DNA of 35,914 nt from an uncultured Gammaproteobacteria bacterium (GCA_964628705.1 CAZVLW010000002.1:1-35914); one strand, 5' to 3'; positions 1 to 10,268 are shown, counted from the stretch's first letter. The notes: generated by a model not told the origin, from the letters alone. Translations and numbers: made by a program.

Positions 1-899
1 CGGACCGGCTCGATGCTTTCAGCGAGCGCGACCGCTCGCTCACATTCTTTTACAAAAATTTCCAAATCCACTCCTTCTTCAAAAATTTGATTGGCAAATT
101 CAACTGCTTCTGCAGTTTTGTTTTTAGCCAATAAATCAACAAAATCAAAAATTAAATTCAGATTTGAGCTGGGTAAAATTAAACCCACGTCATCTACGCC
201 AATTTTATCTCTACCCAATGAAAAAACTTGCCCCAGCAAACTTTCCGCGTCTCTCATATAACCACCTGAGCGCAAAGCAATCAGTTTAAATACTTGATTA
301 TCTATGTTCACCTTTTCTTGCTTGGCAATTCGCTCCAATCTTTTAATAATTTCATCTGAAGCAATCTGTTTAAAGTCAAACCGCTGGCAACGTGAAATAA
401 TAGTCTCTGGAACACGGTGCACTTCAGTGGTGCATAAAATAAAAATTGCATGAGCTGGTGGCTCTTCTAATGTTTTTAAAAGAGCATTAAATGCTGAAAT
501 AGACAGCATATGCACTTCATCTATGATAAACACCTTGTATTTTGCTCTATGCGGCGCAAACCTCACATTATCAATTATATTCTCTCTGACATTATCCACT
601 CCAGTATGAGAAGCGGCATCTATTTCAATTAAATCCATTGACTGACCGGTCGCAATTTCTTGGCAAGTGGCACATTTATTGCACGCCTCAGACTCTCCCG
701 ATTTTCTATTTTCACAATTAATCGCTTTGGCGAACAAGCGCGCCGCCGTGGTTTTACCCAATCCTCTGGGACCGCAAAACAAATAAGCATGCACAAAACT
801 GTCATTTTCAATCTCACTTTGCAATGTTAATTTTATCTGTTTTTGGCCTACCATTTGGCTAAATGTAGTAGGCCTATATTTGCGATAAATTGAAGACAT
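1..899 (-). CDS. dnaX: DNA polymerase III subunit gamma/tau, N-terminal part (gene continues beyond window start)
   Basis: Absent from the ORF track because it runs off the window. Minus-strand translation from ATG 899-897 reads MSSIYRKYRPTTFSQMVGQKQIKLTLQSEIENDSFVHAYLFCGPRGLGKTTAARLFAKAINCENRKSGESEACNKCATCQEI..., with clamp-loader Walker A GPRGLGKTT and a Cys cluster. The frame is still open at base 3 (...IFVKECERAVALAESIEPV). Track ORF 629..817 is an out-of-frame shadow. Confidence 0.9.
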   Translation of the reverse strand, partial: MSSIYRKYRPTTFSQMVGQKQIKLTLQSEIENDSFVHAYLFCGPRGLGKTTAARLFAKAINCENRKSGESEACNKCATCQEIATGQSMDLIEIDAASHTGVDNVRENIIDNVRFAPHRAKYKVFIIDEVHMLSISAFNALLKTLEEPPAHAIFILCTTEVHRVPETIISRCQRFDFKQIASDEIIKRLERIAKQEKVNIDNQVFKLIALRSGGYMRDAESLLGQVFSLGRDKIGVDDVGLILPSSNLNLIFDFVDLLAKNKTAEAVEFANQIFEEGVDLEIFVKECERAVALAESIEPV

Positions 900-1026
900 A
901 ATAAGTCAATATAATATAATACATTATCAATCTTAATCTATTATAAATTTAACAAAAACAAACTAATAAAGCAAACAACCCCCACATAGCGGGAGTATTG
1001 TATTTATCTAAATCATATAAATATTG

Positions 1027-2196
1027 CTAAAATTGCTCCAAACCTTGCCTGTCTTGCTCATTATCCAAATCACTATCATCTTGATTTTGGTCATCTTGAT
1101 GAGTTTGATTTATTAAATCTATCATCTTTTTTTGTATATCAGCTGTTTTATCTTGGTTTGGCTCTTGATTTGGCTTATCATACTCAGCTTCACTGGACTC
1201 AGTTTGCCCAATTTTATCAAAAGTATCTAGCGGCTGATTGTCTTTAGGGTTTGCCTCTAACTTAGTTTCAGTTGGCTGGTTTTCCTGCGACTGTGCTCTA
1301 TGAGTAGTTGGGCTAAATTCTTGCTCTTGGCTACCTTCATCTACTTTGGAGTCAAAGCTATTAGCTTTTTGATTATTTTCCAAAAACTCACTCGCGCTGT
1401 CTGAATCACTTTTATCTGCAACTTCATCTTCAGCATCGCTATTGGAATTATCTATCGGCGTACCCCCATCTTGTTGCATTTGGTTTCCGCCCTGATGTGG
1501 GTAATGTGATTGGTTTGGAAGATCCTCTTTAGATAAATCAGCTTGACTTGACTGATTATCTAATGATGGCACACTCTCTTGAGGTGACTCTTGCGATTGG
1601 CTGGATTCTGCTTGCTGGTCCTGCTGTTTTTCTTCTTGAACTAAATAGTCAGGCAATTCATCAGATTTATAAATATTTTCCACAGCCGCCCAAGTGGCAT
1701 CACCCTCTTGGGGAATTAAAATAGTCACCTTGTTCCCTTCTTCACCTTTAAAATAAGTCACTGAAGCTGTTAAAACTTTATACGAACGATTGCCCGCAAC
1801 AACTCTATACTCATTCGTTTCCTCATCAATAGCTAGAGTACCGACTATTCTTTTTCTCTCCAAAAGCTTAATCTGCTTATAGACAAATGATCCATCCGGC
1901 TTAATGGTTAACTTTAACTGGTCTCCTTCAATAAGTTTAGACTTAGAAGCATAATTAGCAGGCACTGAATACTTTTTACCGTCTGGGCCAACCATATTTT
2001 GCCCATCAAAAACTCCTTGAATAATTTTACCCTCATCTCCCTCGGCCATACTGCCACTGGCACTTGCCTTGGCTAAAAACTGCTTCTCTTCTTGACTGCC
2101 CACTAAATCCACCATAATTTTACGCGCTTGTTGAAGTGACAGCTCAGCAGTTTCAATTAAATTTTTTATCTCGTTTAATTTTTTTTCTTTATCCAT
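1027..2196 (-). CDS. hypothetical protein: coiled N-terminus, about 190-aa globular part, and a roughly 200-aa acidic Q/S/D/E/N-rich low-complexity tail
   Basis: 389-codon ORF with ATG start. The N-terminal half looks like ordinary protein (GVFDGQNMVGPDGKKYSVPANYASKSKLIEGDQLKLTIKPDGSFVYKQI...). The C-terminal half is compositionally biased (QQDQQAESSQSQESPQES..., DDQNQDDSDLDNEQD). No family recognised. Confidence 0.6.
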   Translation of the reverse strand: MDKEKKLNEIKNLIETAELSLQQARKIMVDLVGSQEEKQFLAKASASGSMAEGDEGKIIQGVFDGQNMVGPDGKKYSVPANYASKSKLIEGDQLKLTIKPDGSFVYKQIKLLERKRIVGTLAIDEETNEYRVVAGNRSYKVLTASVTYFKGEEGNKVTILIPQEGDATWAAVENIYKSDELPDYLVQEEKQQDQQAESSQSQESPQESVPSLDNQSSQADLSKEDLPNQSHYPHQGGNQMQQDGGTPIDNSNSDAEDEVADKSDSDSASEFLENNQKANSFDSKVDEGSQEQEFSPTTHRAQSQENQPTETKLEANPKDNQPLDTFDKIGQTESSEAEYDKPNQEPNQDKTADIQKKMIDLINQTHQDDQNQDDSDLDNEQDRQGLEQF

Positions 2197-2329
2197 ATTT
2201 TTATTTTTATTTTAACCTTTAATAGTATAGTCGGTATGGCAAAACTTATATTAACTTTAATGTTAAAGCATTTACCATAGCTTATTTATAATAAGTATAA
2301 CCAATATTTTTAAATATGTAAAGATAATA

Positions 2330-3220
2330 TTATTTTGTTGACTCCACTCTTGGCCATAACTCAGACTGGCTTTGATGTAATAATTTTATTCTAACATAAG
2401 CGTCTATCCAGACATACAATCTCAAACCATATAATTCCAACATCCACCATAAATGCTTGATGTGTCTAATATTTTTTTTCCACAAACTAAATCCATAAAA
2501 CACCTCTTTTAAAAAAGAACGCATCACGACCCCTTTCTTCCAAACCACGGGTATCTGGTAACTGCCACCTAAAGTGCGTCTTTTTTGTAATAAAAAATCC
2601 TTCACATTTTGGGGGAATTTTACCGCCACTTGCGCCTCAGCACAATAATTTATCTTGCCACCTTGGTGATAGACCCAATATGATAAGTATTCATCCTCAG
2701 TAATAATATTTTCAGGAAATTGAAAAAGTTGATTATTTTTATATAAGATCTCTTTGTGAATGCAAAACAAATATCCGCTGACTTGTAAAAATTCTCCCTG
2801 CTTGGCACGCCTCGCTCTTAACTCATCGGCCGCTTGAAATAAAATCTTCTGCCACCAACTATATTTACCTTGCCTTTTTTTATCTACTACTGGCCGTCCG
2901 CTTACTAAATCACCCGGGGTGGCTAACAATTTATCTATAGCACCTGATTTTAACATCACATCTCCATCAGTAAAAATCAACTTAGCTCCCTTAGCTTGGC
3001 TGAATGCTAAATTCATAGCATGTGGCTTGCTTAAACCTTTATCTTTAATAGCTTTAACTTGACTGCCAAACCTCCTTGCTGTCTGCAAGGTAGCAGTATC
3101 TGGTGCAATCACTATAACCTCAAAAGACGCCAACTCACTGCTGAGTTGATCTAAAATAAAAGTCAACAAATTGCTGACTGTTTGCGGCTCTTGCTTGGCG
3201 GTAATAATAATGGAATTCAT
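2330..3220 (-). CDS. family 2 glycosyltransferase
   Basis: GT-A layout: N-terminal IIITAKQEP..., then EVIVIAPD, GLSKPHAMNLAF, and the DxD-like FTDGDVML. It starts 14 nt after the pilin-like gene stop, so it is probably co-transcribed. Confidence 0.72.
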   Translation of the reverse strand: MNSIIITAKQEPQTVSNLLTFILDQLSSELASFEVIVIAPDTATLQTARRFGSQVKAIKDKGLSKPHAMNLAFSQAKGAKLIFTDGDVMLKSGAIDKLLATPGDLVSGRPVVDKKRQGKYSWWQKILFQAADELRARRAKQGEFLQVSGYLFCIHKEILYKNNQLFQFPENIITEDEYLSYWVYHQGGKINYCAEAQVAVKFPQNVKDFLLQKRRTLGGSYQIPVVWKKGVVMRSFLKEVFYGFSLWKKNIRHIKHLWWMLELYGLRLYVWIDAYVRIKLLHQSQSELWPRVESTK

Positions 3221-3233
3221 AATTTTAAAAAAA

Positions 3234-4583
3234 TTACTCAGGCACTAAAATCACTGGCTCAGTTACATAACCATTGACAATAAATTCATTGCTATAAGTC
3301 TCATACCCACTTTTACTTACTTCAACAGTGGTAGTCGTATTGCTAAGTGGTGAAAAATAGGACTGTCCCGCACTACTCGTAGTTGAGGTGGCGTTATAGC
3401 CAAGACTATTAGTTACTAAAACTTCAGCTGCCTCAATCGGATCGCCATTTTGATCTTCAACCACAGTCAGTAAACTATGATCTTCAGTGGGTTCTACTTT
3501 AATATCTACCCCTTGACTGTCTAAAGGCATCAGCTCCACCGGCTGTGGCGGATCGCTTTGGGCTATACTAAAACCAGTACTAGTGGGCACGTCTATATGA
3601 TAATCATCCCACTCAATATCTTCCAAATTTACTTGGCCGCTTGCATTGGTGTAAAATGTATCATCAAATTTATAAACCGGCAAACCATCTCCGTCTAAAC
3701 CCTTTCTTTTTTCGCCTCTTATATCAACCGCTATATTAGACAACAAGGTATCATTGATGTCTCTAAGATAAATATACAAATCAGCCAAATAATCAATGGA
3801 AAAACTGGCTGAGGTGGTTTGGCCTTCAAAAACCGTTAAATGTGGCTTATCAGGAGTGGGCAAATCAACTGTAGTATCATAAGTTTGATCAGTTGAATAA
3901 CCGCTTTTTGAAATAAATATTTCATACGACGAGGTAGCCGCTTTAACTCCCGGTAAAATCAAATTGCCTGAGGTATTGGTATAAGTTGTCATGTCCACTA
4001 CCGGATCTACCTTATCATTATAAATATCAATCTGAGCATCCTCTACTGGTTGGCCGCTAACATCATAAACCGTCAAAGCCAAGGTTCCGCCACCGGTTGT
4101 TGTTTCCACCCCTTTAGGTGCAATATCAGTAAAAAATTCAACTGGTGAAACACTAAATTCGCTTTGCCAGCTTACTCTAACTAAAATTCGTTTATAATCA
4201 TTAGTTAAATTATCTGGCGGATCACTTTCGTAGGTGCCGTCAAAATCATCATCTACATAATTCACATTGATGTATACATTGTATTCAATACCGTTGCGCT
4301 CAACTGTTTCGTTTTCAGGAATTTCACCAGCCACCACTCCGCCAATGGTTCCCACATCATCATAAGCTAAATTGCGCGCTATCTCAATTTTTTCATTAGC
4401 TAATTGAGTTGCTCCTATACGCGCCTTATTTTCCCAAGACATCTTCAAAGTTAAATTTATCAATGAATAAATACTAAAAATTGAAAAAGATAAAATAAGA
4501 ATCACTATCAAAACCTCTATCAAAGTAAACCCGGTTTGATGCTGATTGGTTGTATTTCCTTTTTTTGATAAATTAACCAACAT
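3234..4583 (-). CDS. oversized type IV pilin / pseudopilin-like protein with a prepilin N-terminal cleavage/methylation signal
   Basis: Class III signal ...NQHQTG|FTLIEVLIVILILSFSIFSIYSL. The rest is about 400 aa with three segments resembling carboxypeptidase-regulatory-like beta-sandwiches (LTVYDVSGQPVEDAQIDIY..TNTSGNLILPGV..YEIFISKSGY; IYLRDIN..TNASGQVNLEDIEWDDYHIDV; LTVVEDQNGDPIEAAEVLVTN..VEVSKSGYETY). Confidence 0.85.
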   Translation of the reverse strand: MLVNLSKKGNTTNQHQTGFTLIEVLIVILILSFSIFSIYSLINLTLKMSWENKARIGATQLANEKIEIARNLAYDDVGTIGGVVAGEIPENETVERNGIEYNVYINVNYVDDDFDGTYESDPPDNLTNDYKRILVRVSWQSEFSVSPVEFFTDIAPKGVETTTGGGTLALTVYDVSGQPVEDAQIDIYNDKVDPVVDMTTYTNTSGNLILPGVKAATSSYEIFISKSGYSTDQTYDTTVDLPTPDKPHLTVFEGQTTSASFSIDYLADLYIYLRDINDTLLSNIAVDIRGEKRKGLDGDGLPVYKFDDTFYTNASGQVNLEDIEWDDYHIDVPTSTGFSIAQSDPPQPVELMPLDSQGVDIKVEPTEDHSLLTVVEDQNGDPIEAAEVLVTNSLGYNATSTTSSAGQSYFSPLSNTTTTVEVSKSGYETYSNEFIVNGYVTEPVILVPE

Positions 4584-4594
4584 TTAAAAGTTAT

Positions 4595-5827
4595 TTAAAA
4601 TGTTTGAGTCAATGAATACATGGGCATAATAATTGCCACAGCCATCGCGCCTACGCCTAAACCCAAAATCAAAATTAAAACTGGCTCTATAATTGATGGC
4701 AAATTTTCCATCACATTATTTACATCTTCCTCATAAAAAGTGGCTACTTCCTCAAGAGTGGTATCAATCGCACCAGACTCCTCGCCAACTTTAACCATCT
4801 GAATCACTGTGGATGAAAAAAGTTTAGGGTATTCTGCTAAAATTTTATTAATCTGCACACCTTTAGTGATTTTACCTGACACCTCTTCAAGCGCCTGCTG
4901 ATAATAATAATTACCCACCACTTGTGAAGTGATTTCAAAACTTTTCACAATGGAGATATCTGTTTTTAAAAGTGAAGATGTAGTGCGACAAAATCTGGCT
5001 AAATTAATTTTCCTTACAATACCCGACAAAATAGGAATATATAAAAATACCTTATGAAATATTTTTTTACCCGACTCTGAGCGATAATACTTAACAAAAA
5101 CCACTACTAAAATTAAGCTTGCCAATATTACAAAAAATCCATTAGTGGTTATAAATTTACTCACCCCAATTAAAATTTGAGTAGGTAAAGGCAATTCAGC
5201 GTCAAACTCCTCAAAAATACCAATCAACTTGGGTACTACAAAAACCATCATCGCAATGCCAATACCTATCATGGCAATAATCACCACCAAAGGATAAATC
5301 ATAGCCCCTTTTACTTTTGAGATAAGGTCGTGGTCACGTTTCATTTGAGTGTGGAGCTTGCCTAAAACGTCTTCTAAATTACCTGACAACTCGCCTGACT
5401 TAATCATATTGACAAACAGATGATTAAAAATTTTAGGATAAGCCGACATGGCTTCACTTAAAGATACTCCTGACTGCACTTTTTGGGAGATATTAATTAA
5501 TACCTTTTTAAATAAAGAATTTTTAATCTGTTTAGAAATTGTTTTAAAAGCTTGGCTAATAGACAAACCACTCCTAATCATAATCGAAAGATTTTGTACA
5601 AAAAAAATCTTGTCTCGTAGACTAACTGTCTGAAGTTCAATTGCTTTCTCTTTTAACTCAGAGAAAAAATTCCCCTTATCGGGCTTATCGTTATCTTCCT
5701 TATCTTGTTTACTTTCATCTTGATCTCTGTCAACTTCAGATAAATTAAATGCGTCTTCTGACTGTTTATCTTCCGCACTTTCTTGATGCTTACCTTGAGA
5801 GTGTAATTTATCAGTATCAATCGCCAT
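4595..5827 (-). CDS. pilC: type IV pilus / T2SS platform protein (GspF/PilC family)
   Basis: Two T2SSF-type repeats with polytopic membrane segments (..LSIMIRSGLSISQAF.., ..VIQMVKVGEESGAIDTTLEEVATFYE..). It lies directly downstream of the PilB ATPase gene. Confidence 0.9.
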   Translation of the reverse strand: MAIDTDKLHSQGKHQESAEDKQSEDAFNLSEVDRDQDESKQDKEDNDKPDKGNFFSELKEKAIELQTVSLRDKIFFVQNLSIMIRSGLSISQAFKTISKQIKNSLFKKVLINISQKVQSGVSLSEAMSAYPKIFNHLFVNMIKSGELSGNLEDVLGKLHTQMKRDHDLISKVKGAMIYPLVVIIAMIGIGIAMMVFVVPKLIGIFEEFDAELPLPTQILIGVSKFITTNGFFVILASLILVVVFVKYYRSESGKKIFHKVFLYIPILSGIVRKINLARFCRTTSSLLKTDISIVKSFEITSQVVGNYYYQQALEEVSGKITKGVQINKILAEYPKLFSSTVIQMVKVGEESGAIDTTLEEVATFYEEDVNNVMENLPSIIEPVLILILGLGVGAMAVAIIMPMYSLTQTF

Positions 5828-5926
5828 AAAAAAATTAAATTATTACCATAACAGGTAATTGAATAACTATATGATTCTATGACTGATTTTTTAAATCAGC
5901 TAATCTATTTCATTTATTTAATTGAA

Positions 5927-7654
5927 CTATTCCTTACTTACTCTAACTACCTCTTCAATGGTAGTAATGCCATTTTTGGCTTTAATAAAACCATCAATCA
6001 GCAAAGTCTTCATGCCTTGCTCTATCGCCTTTTTATTGATTTCTTCAGCTGAAACATCTTTTAAAACCATATCTCCCACTTCAGGGCTAACCTCCAAAAC
6101 TTCATAAATACCCATTCTGCCTTTATAACCGTCTTTGCATTGATTGCACCCCTCTCCTTTATAAAAAGACAAATCTTGCCATTTTTTTTCATTCTTTTTA
6201 AGCACATCATAGTCCTTATAACTATTGAGTATGGCATCCAAGTCAAAGTACTGATCGATATCTTTAATAGTATTTTTGTCTATTTTATATTTTTTAATAC
6301 AGTTGCTACAAACTTTTCTAACCAATCTTTGCGCTACAATAATATTCACAGTTGAAGCAATCAAAAACGAAGCAATTTTCATATCCTGCAATCTGGGCAA
6401 AGCGGTCGCTGCGTCATTGGTATGCAAGGTAGCCAACACTAAATGGCCGGTCATAGCCGCATTGACTGCTATTTCAGCCGTTTCGGTATCACGAATTTCT
6501 CCCACCATGATAATATCCGGGTCTTGCCTTAAAAAAGCCCTCAAACCAGCGGCAAAAGTATAACCAATCTTCGGATTGACTTGGGATTGATTTAAGCGCG
6601 GCATACGGTACTCAATCGGATCTTCAATAGTGGTAATATTTACTCCCGGCTTATTTAATAAATTTATGATCGTATAAAGGGTAGTAGTTTTACCCGAACC
6701 AGTCGGACCAGTGACCAGCACCATGCCGTTTGGTTTTTTAATATTGCGCTTAATTATCTCCAATGAACGGCCTTGAAATCCCAATTGCTCTAAAGTTAAA
6801 ATACGATTTGATTCATTGAGTAAGCGCATAACTATCTTTTCCCCGTCAAACACAGGTATGACTGAAACACGAAATGATATTTTATATTCATCTGTCTCAA
6901 TTTTAAATCTCCCATCTTGCGGCAAACGATGCTCGTCAATTTTTAAATTTGATAATATTTTAATACGCGCCACTAAACCAGCGTGAATTTTTTTGGGCAG
7001 AGTCATTACATCACGCAAAATACCATCTACGCGATAACGTATTGAAACTTGCTTTTCAGACGGTTCTATATGAATATCAGAGGCGCCCTCAAAAATAGCG
7101 TATTCCAATAAAGTATCCACTACTCTAATAATTGGCAAATCTTCAGCCAACTCCTTTAATTTTTCCGGCTCCCCATCTTTTTTACCTTCAGTTTTACTAA
7201 TTTTTTCAAATTCAGCCTTTAAACTTTTGTGATACTGTTTTAATATGTTATTGATTGAACTGGGGGTGGTACAATACACCTCAATCGGCATCTCAACTTT
7301 CTTTTCAATAAAAGTAAAAGTCTGCAAATCAGTTGGATCCAAAGTGGCCAACTTTAATTTATCCCCTTTTTTATCAAAAGCTACTATCGCGTGTGATTGG
7401 GCAATTGGTTCTGGAATCAGCTGAAGTATATCTTTTCTGACAGTTTCATTTTCTAAATCCACAAAAGGTGTATGATATTTTTCTTTGGCAATTTTCTCAA
7501 AAACCTCCTTTTCATTAATCTCTTCATCAGAAATCAAATATTCCAAAAAATCTATTTTCTTCTCCTTGGCCTCACGCTTAAATTTTTTTATCTGAGCAGG
7601 GCTAAAAATTTTCACGTCTTCAAATATTTTTTCCCAATTAATGTTATCAAACAT
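5927..7654 (-). CDS. pilB: type IV pilus assembly ATPase (GspE/PilB family)
   Basis: Walker A GPTGSGKTTT, Asp box/Walker B DPDIIMVGEIRD, His box ATLHTNDA, tetracysteine motif CSNC...CNQC, and an N-terminal GSPII-like domain. Confidence 0.93.
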   Translation of the reverse strand: MFDNINWEKIFEDVKIFSPAQIKKFKREAKEKKIDFLEYLISDEEINEKEVFEKIAKEKYHTPFVDLENETVRKDILQLIPEPIAQSHAIVAFDKKGDKLKLATLDPTDLQTFTFIEKKVEMPIEVYCTTPSSINNILKQYHKSLKAEFEKISKTEGKKDGEPEKLKELAEDLPIIRVVDTLLEYAIFEGASDIHIEPSEKQVSIRYRVDGILRDVMTLPKKIHAGLVARIKILSNLKIDEHRLPQDGRFKIETDEYKISFRVSVIPVFDGEKIVMRLLNESNRILTLEQLGFQGRSLEIIKRNIKKPNGMVLVTGPTGSGKTTTLYTIINLLNKPGVNITTIEDPIEYRMPRLNQSQVNPKIGYTFAAGLRAFLRQDPDIIMVGEIRDTETAEIAVNAAMTGHLVLATLHTNDAATALPRLQDMKIASFLIASTVNIIVAQRLVRKVCSNCIKKYKIDKNTIKDIDQYFDLDAILNSYKDYDVLKKNEKKWQDLSFYKGEGCNQCKDGYKGRMGIYEVLEVSPEVGDMVLKDVSAEEINKKAIEQGMKTLLIDGFIKAKNGITTIEEVVRVSKE

Positions 7655-7837
7655 AAAAAATTAAATCACTAAACCGATAAATTTATGTTTATCTGGTTAT
7701 ATGGATAAAAAATACAAAAATCAAATATTCACCCATAAAACTATTTGGCACTTGTTTATTCTTTATTATGTATTATACCATAAATTTCAATTTTTACACA
7801 CCTTTACGTCTTGGGTAAAAACATCTATAATTTAAAT

Positions 7838-8200
7838 ATGCCCTTATCTAAACTTAAACTAAAACTATTTAGTAAAAATAAAGTTATTTTAGCGAACTTT
7901 ATCACCTCCACTTTTTTATTTGTTGCCAGTTTGATAATTATCTCTATTTCCATTAAAAGTTCACAAGATTTTATTGTTTTACACTACACTATTTATCTCG
8001 GCATTGACTTAGTTGGACCTTGGTGGCACGCATTTGCTATACCATTCATTGAATTTATTTTAATAGTTATTAACTTTTCTTTAGCATATCTCATCTTCAT
8101 CAGATCTAAAATATTATCTTATCTATTAGCTTTTACCACATCTGCTAATCTTTTACTTTTGGCTATTGTTGCCTACTTAATATCTCTTTTAAACAGTTAA
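7838..8200 (+). CDS. small integral membrane protein (about 4 TM helices), unknown function
   Basis: The track ORF 7811..8200 starts on TTG. The first ATG is at 7838 (MPLSKLKLKLF...). The sequence is hydrophobic throughout and ends 6 nt before mraY. Confidence 0.5.
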   Translation: MPLSKLKLKLFSKNKVILANFITSTFLFVASLIIISISIKSSQDFIVLHYTIYLGIDLVGPWWHAFAIPFIEFILIVINFSLAYLIFIRSKILSYLLAFTTSANLLLLAIVAYLISLLNS

Positions 8201-8206
8201 TTTATT

Positions 8207-9247
8207 ATGGTTGAAAATATTATTAAAATACTCATCCTCACGACACTTTCATTTATTATGGCTTTTGCACTAACCCCAGTGTTAAGCCATTTCCTATACA
8301 AATACAAAATGGGCAAATCTATCCGCCAAACCGGCAAAACGCCTATTTTTTCAAAGCTCCACTCACACAAACAAGGCACCCCCACCATGGGTGGAATTTT
8401 AATTTGGTTTACCACTCTTGTTTTATCTTTAATCTTTTTCTATATTTACCAATTTTCACCAGAATCCATTTTAGCCAACTTAAATTTTCTTTCACGCTCT
8501 GAGACTCTTTTGCCTTTGGGTGTTTTGGTAGCCACAGCCTTAGTCGGTTTTGTAGATGATTTTATAGATGCTAAAAGTAACGGCCAAGGCGGCATTAAAG
8601 CTACTCATAGAATATTTATCTACACTGCCATTGCTATCATTGGCGCGCTTTGGTTTTATTTTAAACTTGATTGGGATATATTTCATATTCCTTTTATCGG
8701 TAACTACAATATTGGCTGGTATTATATTCCAGTCTTTATCATAGTTATTGTCTCCACTGCTTTTTCAGTTAATGAAACCGACGGCTTGGATGGCTTGGCT
8801 GGAGGTACCCTACTCTCCTCATTTGCCGCATTTGGCACTATATCTTTTATGCAAGGCCGCTATGATTTAGCAGCTTTTTGCGGAGTTATCATCGGAGCGC
8901 TCTTAGCTTTTTTGTGGTTCAATATCACACCAGCCAGATTTTTTATGGGCGACACTGGCGCTATGTCACTCGGCATTACGCTGGCTATTGTAGCTATGCT
9001 CACCAATCAAGCGCTACTACTTATTGTTATTGGCTTTATTTTCTTAAGTGAATCTCTATCCGTGATTGTTCAAACAATCTCTAAAAAAATCCGCCATAAA
9101 AAAATATTTAAATCCACCCCCATACACCATCATTTTGAAGCAATAGGTTGGCCGGAGGCAAAAATTGTGATGCGCTTTTGGGTTATTTCAGGCGTGACTG
9201 CAGTTATGGGTATTATATTATTTTTACTTGACACAACTCTTAGCTAA
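8207..9247 (+). CDS. mraY: phospho-N-acetylmuramoyl-pentapeptide transferase
   Basis: MraY/WecA superfamily motifs: GFVDDFID, NETDGLDGLAGG, FMGDTGAMSLG, TPIHHHFE. Confidence 0.93.
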   Translation: MVENIIKILILTTLSFIMAFALTPVLSHFLYKYKMGKSIRQTGKTPIFSKLHSHKQGTPTMGGILIWFTTLVLSLIFFYIYQFSPESILANLNFLSRSETLLPLGVLVATALVGFVDDFIDAKSNGQGGIKATHRIFIYTAIAIIGALWFYFKLDWDIFHIPFIGNYNIGWYYIPVFIIVIVSTAFSVNETDGLDGLAGGTLLSSFAAFGTISFMQGRYDLAAFCGVIIGALLAFLWFNITPARFFMGDTGAMSLGITLAIVAMLTNQALLLIVIGFIFLSESLSVIVQTISKKIRHKKIFKSTPIHHHFEAIGWPEAKIVMRFWVISGVTAVMGIILFLLDTTLS

Positions 9248-9273
9248 AATCCGCAACACAAAAAAATTAAAAA

Positions 9274-9297
9274 CTACCCGGCAAGGGTAGATTTTTA
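9274..9297. terminator. bidirectional intrinsic terminator between convergent mraY and secF
   Basis: CTACCC-ggcaa-GGGTAG hairpin (9274-9290). It is followed by TTTTT on the plus strand and preceded by an A-run, which is a T-run for the minus strand. Confidence 0.5.
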
Positions 9298-9321
9298 AAT
9301 ACTCTTAAAAAATAATTTTTA

Positions 9322-10239
9322 TTATATCTTCTTTTGGCCCAACTTGTGCCATACTACCAGCATGGGTGAAGCCACAAAGATAGACGAATAGGTGCCGAAT
9401 ACTGCACCTAAAATCAACACCAATACAAACTCACTAATAGTACTGCCACCAAAAAAGAAAAGGGCTGAAAGAACTAAAAGTGTTGTCAGAGAAGTATTGA
9501 TGGAACGAGTGATAGTTTGATTGACCGAATGATTGAGCGTTGCCTCAAAGCTCTCTTTCGGATTATGGATTAAATTTTCACGAACTCTGTCAAATACCAC
9601 AATCGTATCATTCACAGAATAACCCAAAACAGTCAACAGCGCAGTAACAAATAAAATACCTACCTCAAAATCCAAATAATAACCGAGTACAGCAAAAATT
9701 CCGGTAATAATTAAAATATCATGTATTAAAGCAAAAATAGCTGACAAGCCATACTTCCAAGAAGCCAGTTGTTTAGATACCCCCTTAAAAGCATACGCAA
9801 TATAGAGTACAATCATCACGAGCACTACAATCATGGCTGTCACAGCTTTATCCTTGAGCTCTCTGCCAATAGCTGGTCCGATTGATTCAAAGCGATTCTC
9901 AACTACCTGTTCATCCCCGTATTTATCTCTCAGCGCACCGAGCAATGCCTGGTGTTCATCTTCACTTAAATCTCTGGTTCTAATTATCAACTCACTTTGC
10001 CCTGTTGGCTGGACTCTCAATTGAGTAATGCCCTGAATATCTTGGCTAACCACATACTCACGCACCGCCCGCGCATCCGGCCTGTTTTGCTTGAAACTCA
10101 ACTCCATTAAAGTTCCGCCGGTAAAATCTATACCCAAATTTAATCCCCAACTGAACAAAGCAAAAACAGCGGCCAGTATTAAAATCCCGGAAATCACGAA
10201 AAATATTTTTCTTTTTTGTATAATTTTGAATTCTTTCAT
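9322..10239 (-). CDS. secF: protein translocase subunit SecF
   Basis: SecF layout and motifs (GIDFTGGTLMEL, VNDTIVVFDRVREN, six TM segments). It lies immediately downstream of secD. Confidence 0.93.
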   Translation of the reverse strand: MKEFKIIQKRKIFFVISGILILAAVFALFSWGLNLGIDFTGGTLMELSFKQNRPDARAVREYVVSQDIQGITQLRVQPTGQSELIIRTRDLSEDEHQALLGALRDKYGDEQVVENRFESIGPAIGRELKDKAVTAMIVVLVMIVLYIAYAFKGVSKQLASWKYGLSAIFALIHDILIITGIFAVLGYYLDFEVGILFVTALLTVLGYSVNDTIVVFDRVRENLIHNPKESFEATLNHSVNQTITRSINTSLTTLLVLSALFFFGGSTISEFVLVLILGAVFGTYSSIFVASPMLVVWHKLGQKKI

Positions 10240-10268
10240 AAAAACTTAATTATAATTACCCTTATTAA

